From positions 552 to 64,551 of IMG/VR virus record IMGVR_UViG_3300031996_000005: DNA of 64,000 nt, one strand, 5' to 3'. The position numbers and the translations under genes were made by a program. Below, in pieces: positions 17,391 through 25,200 of this stretch. Every line of letters begins with the position of its first letter. Position 1 is the stretch's first letter. Source of the DNA: a virus. Lineage: Duplodnaviria; Caudoviricetes. The notes beneath the pieces were generated by a model. The model had not been told where the DNA came from. It did not search any database and worked only from the letters and a program-made list of their open reading frames with translations.

Positions 17391-19900
17391 GCGGCGAGGC
17401 CCTTCCAGTCATAAATCTGCTCGGGGGTGATCTCGGTGGCTCCCCCCCAGCGGGTACCCACCTTCAAATCAGCAATGATCGGTACGTCAAGATTCACGCC
17501 GAACATCCTTTGGAGAGGCAGGTTCTCCATGTTGTTCTTGATGATAGGGAGGGCTACTGACAATTCTTCGTCCGGAATCTCAAAGTTGATGGCGTCGTGC
17601 ACCGTGCCGATCGGATGAGCCGTCATCCCCTGGCGCTTGAACTCCTCGGTGATCCGCACCATGCTCAGCAGCGCCATGTCCGATGCGAAGGACTGAACGG
17701 GTGAGTTGATCGCCTGCCGCTCAGCCTCGGACCGTACCCCCTGATTCGGGCTGTCAACGTCAGGCAGGTGTCGCACCCGACCCAGGGGGCTCTCCACACG
17801 CTTGTACTTGCTCACCAGCTGACGCTGACGGGCGTGCCAGCGGAGCAGCATCGGGAACTGAGTGAAGAAGGCGTCCCGGAAGGCCTTGGATTCCTGCTCG
17901 GTAACCCGCACCCCGTAGTTGCTCCAGGCCGTCTCGATGAACTTGTTGACTCCCATCCCATAGAGGAAGCCGAAGTTCACTGCCTTGGCCTTTTTGCGCT
18001 CGTCCTTGGTGACCCGATCCGCCGGCTTGCCGGTCATCTTCATGGCCATGGTTGTGTGGATGTCCTGACCGGTGGCGTACAGGTGGAGCATGGTCGTCTC
18101 GCGAGCGATGAACGCGGCGACCCTCAGCTCGACTTGCGAATAGTCAGCTTCAACGAAAGAAGATCCGGGAGGCGCCCCGAAGATTCCCCGAACGAAGTCG
18201 TCGCGGGGCACCTGCTGAAGGTTAACTCCACGATTTTGCTTCCGAGAAGTAACCTTATCCGAGTCCGGCTTTCCGCTACTGAGCCGTCCGGTGACAGTGC
18301 CCGTAAGTTTGAACGTCGTATGGATCCGGTCATTTTCGTCCACCTGTTCTGCGTAGGCGCTGAAAAAGGCTGAGTCGTACTTCTGCCACTTCGTTCGCTC
18401 GATGAGTAGCTCAAGGGCTCGGTGGGGGTGCTTGTCCTGCAGGTCGAGCATGATGGCTTCCGCCATGCTCGGCTGCCCGGGTGAGCCATCGTCCGCATCC
18501 TTGCCCCGCGCGAAGACGGGCAGGCCGAGGTGCTCGAAGATGAACCAGCGCGCGAAGTTCGACGGGTTGAAGTTGACCGCCTTGTGACCCCCCTTGTCCT
18601 CGGGCACGAACGTCAGGAGCTCGGCATCGATCGCCTCCAGCTCACGCTTGGCGATGGACCAGTGGGTCATCATCTTTTCGGTGTCGGTCCACACACCCTC
18701 GCGCTCGACCTCGGTGAAGATCTCCGAGCAGGGCATCATGATCCGGGTGAAGATGCGCAGCTTGCGCTTGTTCGCCGGCAGACCGAACTGGCCCTTGAAG
18801 ATCCGGTACAGGCCGAGGGTGTAGAACGTGTCCTTGGCGTTGTATTCCAGGACCTCGCCGAGGGGTGTGTCCACCAGGTCCTTGGTCGAGATGGCCCATG
18901 GCTTCACCCCGAGCAGCTGCTGCGCGAGCGGCTTGAGGCCCTTGGGCCGGTTCTCATCGAGTGTGTGGGCGGCCAGCATCGTGTCGAATGTCAGCGTCCG
19001 CATAACCCCGAACTGGCGCAGCCATCGGCAGTCGAACTTGCCGTTGTGCGCGATCGCCTTGGGCACCGCGTTGAAGTACGGTTGGATCTTGCTGAGCACC
19101 TGTCGCCACTGCCGACGCCATGGTGACCCGGGATGCATCAACGGGACGGCCCAGACGCTCGGGGGCGCGCCCGGATCGTTGGGGGCCAGGGTGACTGCCA
19201 ACGACACGATCGCCGCATCTGGGGCGAACTCGTCGTATCCGTTCGTCTCGATATCGAACGCCATCACCTCAGCCTGCTTGAGTGCCGCGATGAACAGACG
19301 CACGTCCCCCAGGGTGGAGACCGAGTGGTAGGCGAATTCCTCTTCACCATCGACCCCGCGGATCATGCGGTCGAAATACTTGAGGTCGGCTTCGAACCCG
19401 CCCTTCAGCCCCGGATTCCGATAGATCATCGAGGGACTGATGGTGGGCAGCACCCGAGCGTTGCCGCGCTCATACACCACACCGCGGTGCTTCATGATGC
19501 CGGACTTGCCAACGAGGGAGAACATTGCCTCATTGCCGAGAGCAAGGATGAACTTCGGGCCGATGGCCTCGACCTCCCGGTCGAGGTAGGGCCGGCAGGC
19601 CTTCAGGTCGGTCTTGCCTGGGTCGAGATCCCAGGCCCGGCATTTGATGGCCGCGGTAAAGGCGACGTCGGTGGGGTCGACCCCTGCTCGCTCCAGATAC
19701 GTCAGCATCTCCTTCCGGCCCTTGGCTGATAGCGGAGACTTGGTCACCACCATGACGTCAGCTCGGGCGGGCCCCGATGCGGTCACGCAGACGTCCTTGC
19801 CCTGAGCCTGCGTGTGCATCTTGCAGAGCTCGCACTGCGGGTCACGGACGAGCAGCTGGACCTCTGCGTTCATGCGGTCGAGTGGGGTCGCCTCGGTCAT
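17387..19900 (-). CDS. family A DNA polymerase with N-terminal UDG family-4-like domain
   Basis: DIETNG/HNGKFD/YNAKD exonuclease motifs; DYSQVELR, KAVNFGFLYG, VHD polymerase motifs; N-terminal CELC...KC...C. Confidence 0.93.
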   Translation of the reverse strand: MTEATPLDRMNAEVQLLVRDPQCELCKMHTQAQGKDVCVTASGPARADVMVVTKSPLSAKGRKEMLTYLERAGVDPTDVAFTAAIKCRAWDLDPGKTDLKACRPYLDREVEAIGPKFILALGNEAMFSLVGKSGIMKHRGVVYERGNARVLPTISPSMIYRNPGLKGGFEADLKYFDRMIRGVDGEEEFAYHSVSTLGDVRLFIAALKQAEVMAFDIETNGYDEFAPDAAIVSLAVTLAPNDPGAPPSVWAVPLMHPGSPWRRQWRQVLSKIQPYFNAVPKAIAHNGKFDCRWLRQFGVMRTLTFDTMLAAHTLDENRPKGLKPLAQQLLGVKPWAISTKDLVDTPLGEVLEYNAKDTFYTLGLYRIFKGQFGLPANKRKLRIFTRIMMPCSEIFTEVEREGVWTDTEKMMTHWSIAKRELEAIDAELLTFVPEDKGGHKAVNFNPSNFARWFIFEHLGLPVFARGKDADDGSPGQPSMAEAIMLDLQDKHPHRALELLIERTKWQKYDSAFFSAYAEQVDENDRIHTTFKLTGTVTGRLSSGKPDSDKVTSRKQNRGVNLQQVPRDDFVRGIFGAPPGSSFVEADYSQVELRVAAFIARETTMLHLYATGQDIHTTMAMKMTGKPADRVTKDERKKAKAVNFGFLYGMGVNKFIETAWSNYGVRVTEQESKAFRDAFFTQFPMLLRWHARQRQLVSKYKRVESPLGRVRHLPDVDSPNQGVRSEAERQAINSPVQSFASDMALLSMVRITEEFKRQGMTAHPIGTVHDAINFEIPDEELSVALPIIKNNMENLPLQRMFGVNLDVPIIADLKVGTRWGGATEITPEQIYDWKGLAA

Positions 19901-20334
19901 CGCAGATTCACCACCCGAACCCGGGCACGGGTCAGCAGCTGGATACCTTCCACCTTCCGATAGGGCTGCTGGTAGGTGACCGACACCAGGCCGGCGTTAA
20001 TGATCAGCTTGGCGCAGTCGACGCAGGGCATGTGCGTAACGGTCATGTCCGCACCTTCGACCGAGAGACCATGCCGTGCTGCGAAGGCGATGGTGTTGGC
20101 CTCGGCGTGCACCGCGATCTGACAACCCCGTTCCTCGCCTGTGCTGGGGACGTCCCGGGAGTGCTCGCAGTGGGGAAGACCCGCGGGAACCCCGTTGTAG
20201 CCAGAGATGATCACTCGTCCCTGCCGGTGAATCACCGCCCCGACCTGGAGACGGTCACACGTGCCCAGCTTCGCGAACTCGTGGGCCACCGCCATGGCAG
20301 TTTCCTCACGGGTTGGTCGCATCAGCTCGCTCAT
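19897..20334 (-). CDS. dCMP deaminase
   Basis: GYNG, HAEAN, PCVDC zinc-deaminase motifs. Confidence 0.9.
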   Translation of the reverse strand: MSELMRPTREETAMAVAHEFAKLGTCDRLQVGAVIHRQGRVIISGYNGVPAGLPHCEHSRDVPSTGEERGCQIAVHAEANTIAFAARHGLSVEGADMTVTHMPCVDCAKLIINAGLVSVTYQQPYRKVEGIQLLTRARVRVVNLR

Positions 20335-21161
20335 CGCTTGTTCCTTTTGCCCTGACGAACCTGGTTAAGCGCATGGTCATCAGCCTCGAAGGTGTGGAGC
20401 GAGGAGATGATCATGTTCAGTCGGCCGGGTTGCAGGTCGTGTCCCAGCTGGCCGCAGATCCACTGGTTCAGTCGGCCAGCCATGTAGACATCATCTTGGA
20501 AGTGGCGCATGAGATCGCAGGACCGCATGTAGTACCACATGTGGAGACGTCCCCCGCGGATCAGGAAGTGGTATCCAAGGGTGCAAGGCACGCGCTGGCC
20601 GTGCACCGTTCCGGTATCTTCGGGAAACCACACGGGCAGGAACGCTTGTCGAGTCCCGGGTGCTCGGCGAAGCAAGTCAACAACGTCCCCGAGGTCACCG
20701 AGTGCGAAGCGGACTCCCCAGTTGTGCCGGTCTCCGTTGATGCGATGGTGGTTCGGGTCGCTGGGGAAGCCGGCACGCTTCGGCCAGAATCGTTCGGGGT
20801 AGGTGTGGCTGAACTGGACAGCTTGACCATCCTTCTGGAATTTGTGGTCCCGGTTCCCATTCTGGTTGAACGGCCACCAGGCCTCGGAGGGCGGGGGGTT
20901 GAGCGGCACACCGAAGACGCGCTCCTGAAAGTGGTCCTCGGCCCATGGCAGATGAGCGCCCGTCCACTCCGCCAGCGTCTCGGGTGAGGGGGGCAGGCGC
21001 AGCTCGAACGTCACACCCATGAGCTCGCGGGTCTTGACGTCGGTGTCCTGGGACTGCCACTGCCCAACACTCTCAAGAGGCTGGTTGAGGATGTCGACCT
21101 GCATGTCCTCGAACGAGTTTTGGAAGGTGACCATCTCACCATCCGAGCGATACCGCCTCAT
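20331..21161 (-). CDS. thymidylate-synthase-fold enzyme 1 (dCMP hydroxymethylase-like)
   Basis: PCTLGYHFLIR...MRSCDLMRHFQDD, SLHTF; Asp at the E. coli N177-equivalent position. Confidence 0.85.
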   Translation of the reverse strand: MRRYRSDGEMVTFQNSFEDMQVDILNQPLESVGQWQSQDTDVKTRELMGVTFELRLPPSPETLAEWTGAHLPWAEDHFQERVFGVPLNPPPSEAWWPFNQNGNRDHKFQKDGQAVQFSHTYPERFWPKRAGFPSDPNHHRINGDRHNWGVRFALGDLGDVVDLLRRAPGTRQAFLPVWFPEDTGTVHGQRVPCTLGYHFLIRGGRLHMWYYMRSCDLMRHFQDDVYMAGRLNQWICGQLGHDLQPGRLNMIISSLHTFEADDHALNQVRQGKRNKR

Positions 21162-21250
21162 GAAAGAACCTCAAAAAGGATGCTGAACAGCATTGTCAGA
21201 GTGAAGGCGATGCAGATCCAAAAGATCTGAGCGCGCAGTTCTCTACTCAT
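21158..21250 (-). CDS. 30-aa hydrophobic micro-ORF
   Basis: MSRELRAQIFWICIAFTLTMLFSILFEVLS bridges the two TS-like genes with overlaps at both ends. Confidence 0.35.
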   Translation of the reverse strand: MSRELRAQIFWICIAFTLTMLFSILFEVLS

Positions 21251-22250
21251 CGTCGGGTCCGAGCATGTCGTCATCCATGCCGGCCTCATCGGAGAAGGTG
21301 GACATGTCCACGTCCTCGGGGGCTCCCGAGCGACAGTTGCGGAAGATCGGCGAGAAGTCGAGATTCTTAGTCGAAACCGACGCCAGGGGCTTGAACCGCT
21401 TGTTCTGTGAGGCCGCCCCCTTGGACCCCTCACCCCCACCTTCGAAGGGTGCGCCGTATTCGTAACCGAAGACCTCGGTGTGCCAGCGCTTACGGATGCG
21501 TCGGGTCTGGCTGAACTTCATGTCCCCATAGAGGACCCCGTCGTCATCCATCTTCTTAAAGGCATCGAGCCACTTCTGCGAGTAGAACAACCCCGGGGCT
21601 GACGTCTTGGTGTGGGGCTCCGCGGGGTTCTGGAACTGCTCCCGCATCTCGTCGTCGCCGAAGAGATAGGCCATGGACTTGTAGACGTGAAACTGCGGGT
21701 TCTCGTTGTGCCAGACGAACGCCATCTCTTCGGGAGTGACTCCTACACGCTCGCCTACCAGCCGGGCACAGACGTGCGCCACGTTCAGGTCGAGGCCGGC
21801 GATGTAGCCGAGATAGGACGTGCGTGAGTGCAGGGTGATCTGCGGCCGGGGCACGGCCCGATAGCCGATGGCAAGGATGCAGGAGCCCCAGCGTCGCCAG
21901 ACGCGGTCGTTGGACTTCGTGCTCTGCTGGGCGACCAGGTTGGTGCGCATGATGGAGACGCCGCGCTTGCCCTTGGTGAGCTTGGCTTCGCAGCTGGCCA
22001 GCCACTCCTCCAGCGCCACGGGGTTGACGTACTGGCGGACCAGGCTCGACCACCGCAGCTTGTTGACCCAGAGTCGCTGAATGTCGAGGTCATAATCGAA
22101 CGACTCAGCTCGGGCGATGACGTTGTGGAGATGAACGTCCGAGGAGGTCACCAGGTCGAGCTGGTCCGCCGACGAGAAGGAGAGCTTGCGGATGAGGCCT
22201 TCGTGCAGCGCCGTTCCCGTGGGGAAGTTGTAGGCGTGGATCGGAGGCAT
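21243..22250 (-). CDS. divergent thymidylate-synthase-fold enzyme 2
   Basis: SCILAIGYR...HSRTSYLGYIAGLD...QFHVY aligns with TS C..RSxD.....N/D..HxY; start by TGATG overlap at 22250. Confidence 0.6.
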   Translation of the reverse strand: MPPIHAYNFPTGTALHEGLIRKLSFSSADQLDLVTSSDVHLHNVIARAESFDYDLDIQRLWVNKLRWSSLVRQYVNPVALEEWLASCEAKLTKGKRGVSIMRTNLVAQQSTKSNDRVWRRWGSCILAIGYRAVPRPQITLHSRTSYLGYIAGLDLNVAHVCARLVGERVGVTPEEMAFVWHNENPQFHVYKSMAYLFGDDEMREQFQNPAEPHTKTSAPGLFYSQKWLDAFKKMDDDGVLYGDMKFSQTRRIRKRWHTEVFGYEYGAPFEGGGEGSKGAASQNKRFKPLASVSTKNLDFSPIFRNCRSGAPEDVDMSTFSDEAGMDDDMLGPDDE

Positions 22251-22738
22251 CAGTAGCCGCTCGCATTCCGGTCGAAGTTGGTCAGGGACTTGGAGAAGTA
22301 CTCGTGGAACAGGGTCTCCGCATCGAGTCCGGAAAGGATGCAGAACTCGATGAAGAAGTGGAACGCGTCGGCGATCTCCTCGTAAAAAGTAGAGATGCTG
22401 ACGGGTCGCGGCTTGTCCTTCCAACTTTTGCTGCCATCGAGGTGGGCCATCGCCTCGGACAGCTCGCGCACGAGGTGGCCGAACGTCTCGTGGATGCGGG
22501 CCTGTACCTCGCGGACGTGAACGTCTCCCCAGCTCGCCACCTGCGTTGGTACGGACAAACCGGAATCGATCTCCTTATCCCACACCGCACGCATGAAGGC
22601 GCGCTGCTGGGCGAAGATCGTGGCGAGCGTGTCCGGGACCTTGTCCGTCGCGGGGTCAAGGCCGCTGTCGGTGTCGCCAGCCCACCACTCGTCGAAATCA
22701 GGGGTGGTCGCGGTCCAGGGGATCGGGCTGTCGCTCAT
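22250..22738 (-). CDS. all-alpha dNTP pyrophosphohydrolase (dUTPase/dCTPase, MazG-like)
   Basis: ELSEAM...KSWK...EEIADAFHFF motif; start ATG 22738. Confidence 0.8.
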   Translation of the reverse strand: MSDSPIPWTATTPDFDEWWAGDTDSGLDPATDKVPDTLATIFAQQRAFMRAVWDKEIDSGLSVPTQVASWGDVHVREVQARIHETFGHLVRELSEAMAHLDGSKSWKDKPRPVSISTFYEEIADAFHFFIEFCILSGLDAETLFHEYFSKSLTNFDRNASGY

Positions 22739-23265
22739 CGGGTAACGCTCCAGTGGGTGCGGTGAGAGTTGATGTGTGGATGGATGTGGTCGGCAGCGTT
22801 GTGCCTGGTCCAGTCGTAAACCACGATGCCGGCCGAGCTGGCCCAGGACGCCGGCAGAGACGCATAGAGATGCCAGATCGTGTCGATATGCGTCGTCACC
22901 CCGGCCATGTCCCGCTCGTCGCTGACGGCGAGCTTGACGATGTCCAGCGGGGGCAGGCACACGATGGTCAGCGCGCGACGGGCGACATAGCGCCGTAGAT
23001 GTGTCGTGTGGAACTGGGGGTCCATGGTGCCCCGGACGACTGGCCCGTAAATGTACTCGGAGATGAACGGATGCCGGTCGTAGAAATGCACTGGCTCCTC
23101 TGTCCAGTTGCCCACGTCCCGCTCGGCCCAGCGGTAGAGATTCTTGACCGGACCGTTGACCCCATCACTCGCCCGCTCGTGCACGGGAATGCTGGTGTAG
23201 TGCGCGGCGAGCTCGTTGAGCAGGGTGGTCTTCCCCGCCCCGTCTGGCCCTTCGATGATGATCAT
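22735..23265 (-). CDS. dNMP (thymidylate-like) kinase
   Basis: IIEGPDGAGKTT P-loop; YDR..SEYIYG. Confidence 0.85.
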   Translation of the reverse strand: MIIIEGPDGAGKTTLLNELAAHYTSIPVHERASDGVNGPVKNLYRWAERDVGNWTEEPVHFYDRHPFISEYIYGPVVRGTMDPQFHTTHLRRYVARRALTIVCLPPLDIVKLAVSDERDMAGVTTHIDTIWHLYASLPASWASSAGIVVYDWTRHNAADHIHPHINSHRTHWSVTR

Positions 23266-23279
23266 TACTACCCTTCGGT

Positions 23280-24821
23280 TCAGGCTGCGGCTTGCTTGCG
23301 GAGTGCTTCGCGCACTTCGGGAATGCTGGGTGTGGAGCGGAGCAGGGCCTTTGGCGTTTTCAAGATGGCCTTGCCGACGTCGCCGTCCTCTTGCAAGGTC
23401 TGAAACAGGACCTCGTCCACCGTGCCGCGGGCAATCAGGTACGTGAACGTGGTGCTCGAGCGGGACAGGGCGATGCGGTCACACGCCTGGGTGTAGTCGA
23501 CCCAGGAGTTGGTGAGCGAGTACCACACCATGCGGGATGCGGTGCTCAGGTCGATGCCGAGAGATCCGGCCGCCGGCTGCAGAATGAACACTGCGGCCTC
23601 GTCGATCTTGCGGAACTCCCGGATCGCTCGATCGGTGTCTAGCCGCTTCATGCCGCCGCGGAGCTCGAACACCGGCAGGCCCAGCTCTTTGGCGAGTTCC
23701 TTGATCGCATCCATGTCCGCCTTGAACCGGGCAGCAACCACGATCTTCTCGTCGTGATCGCGGGCATCTTCGAGCAGGGGCTCTAGGGCACGAAGCTTTT
23801 CGGTGCCGATGCGGACCGTCTCACCTCCGGTCTCGACACCGTCTTCATCAAAGGTGCTGGCCGTGCCAACCATGCCGGACGTGATCTGGGCCAGCCGCAG
23901 AGCTTGCACGAGCGGAATGGAAGCCTCAGCGATTGCCCCTGTTTCGAGCTTGGCCACCATCTCCTGTGCCATGTCGTCGTACGCCTTAGCCGAAGCATCG
24001 AGCTCGACCGGAACGATCTGTATGTCGCGCGGGGGCAGATCGAAGCACTCGGCCCGGGTTACCGCGAAGGCGTCCAGGTGAATGCGCTCCTGCAGCTCTT
24101 CGAGGTTGCGACCGCCGAGCCACTTCGGATAGCCCCCGACGTTGGTCCACCGACCGAAGTGGTCCTTGAAGTCGGCGAGCGTGGACAGGTCACCGAACCG
24201 GTCGGGGTTGAGGAACTTCCACTGCATGTAGATGTCGTGGGCGCGCTTGGCCTTCGTGATCGGCGTTCCGGTCAGCAGCACCCGGTACTGAAACAGCGGG
24301 GCCATCGACACGATCATGTTCGCGGCCTTACCGGACGCTGACTTGATCTTGTGTGACTCGTCGAGCACGCCGGCACAGGGCTTGCGGTCGACCCAAGTTA
24401 CCAGCTGTTTTCTGGTCTTAAATCGTCCCGAGGCCTTCGAGCGCTGACCGCTGGGCGTGCGAGCTCCGGGCGTACCGAACGCCTCGTAGTTGACCAGGAC
24501 CACCGACAGGTCATAGCCCGGTGTGGGCGGCCTCGGAGGACCGGCCTTGCGCGCCCTTGCGTCCCAGACCTGCAGCTCTACCCGGGCGGGGGAGTGCACG
24601 AAGAACTCGTCGAGCCACACGCCGAGGACCCGGTTCGGTACGATGATGATGGCGCGGTCGATCTTGCCGGTGAGCGCGAGGATCGACAGATAATCGATCG
24701 TCGTCTTCGTCTTGCCGGTCCGCGGCTCCATGAGAAGAGCTCCGCCGTAGCCGGACTTCAGGAGCTTTTTAACCGCCTTGACCTGGTGAACGTACGGTCG
24801 GGTCTTCCATCGGTAACCCAT
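23280..24821 (-). CDS. SNF2-like DNA helicase
   Basis: MEPRTGKT, LDESH, LTGTP, GIDL, QACDRI; GAGGAGG RBS. Confidence 0.9.
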   Translation of the reverse strand: MGYRWKTRPYVHQVKAVKKLLKSGYGGALLMEPRTGKTKTTIDYLSILALTGKIDRAIIIVPNRVLGVWLDEFFVHSPARVELQVWDARARKAGPPRPPTPGYDLSVVLVNYEAFGTPGARTPSGQRSKASGRFKTRKQLVTWVDRKPCAGVLDESHKIKSASGKAANMIVSMAPLFQYRVLLTGTPITKAKRAHDIYMQWKFLNPDRFGDLSTLADFKDHFGRWTNVGGYPKWLGGRNLEELQERIHLDAFAVTRAECFDLPPRDIQIVPVELDASAKAYDDMAQEMVAKLETGAIAEASIPLVQALRLAQITSGMVGTASTFDEDGVETGGETVRIGTEKLRALEPLLEDARDHDEKIVVAARFKADMDAIKELAKELGLPVFELRGGMKRLDTDRAIREFRKIDEAAVFILQPAAGSLGIDLSTASRMVWYSLTNSWVDYTQACDRIALSRSSTTFTYLIARGTVDEVLFQTLQEDGDVGKAILKTPKALLRSTPSIPEVREALRKQAAA

Positions 24822-24847
24822 CGGTGCTCACCTCCTCGGTGATTGGA

Positions 24848-25111
24848 TCAGCGGGCGGACTTGACGGCAGCGAGGTCGGGGATCACATCCATCACGACCG
24901 AGACCTGATGACGTACCTCGGAGAACTCCGCCATGGCGGCCAGGAACTCAGGCGCGCCGGTTCCCTCGGCTTCAATGGCGTCAAACAACTTCTCAGATGA
25001 CTTCTTGAGGTTGTCCATAATGTTGGTCGTGAGCTCTAGCAAACCCGAGCGAATGTCATGGTCGCACTTGTCGCACAGTGGGCAAGAGAATGGGGTGTTG
25101 TCGTCGGGCAT
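24848..25111 (-). CDS. hypothetical protein (CPLCDKC), probably leaderless
   Basis: TAGAGT-N7-ATG on minus strand. Confidence 0.55.
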   Translation of the reverse strand: MPDDNTPFSCPLCDKCDHDIRSGLLELTTNIMDNLKKSSEKLFDAIEAEGTGAPEFLAAMAEFSEVRHQVSVVMDVIPDLAAVKSAR

Positions 25112-25200
25112 GGCCCCAACTCTAGCCGATCCGTGTGTCCCTTATTTTCTGCTCGGGGAGAAATGATCATGGTCGGGGTGCCGCTAGGCTAGGCGTCGTG
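25109..25200. promoter_or_regulatory. divergent leaderless promoters
   Basis: TAGAGT (25124-25119, minus) 7 nt before ATG; TAGGCT (25185-25190) 7 nt before GTG 25198. Confidence 0.55.

Noticed and set aside
21243-22424. 393-aa version of TS-fold enzyme 2 and 236-aa version of the dNTPase from the ORF track
   Set aside because: The upstream extensions overlap neighbouring genes; coupled starts at 22250 and 22738 fit better.
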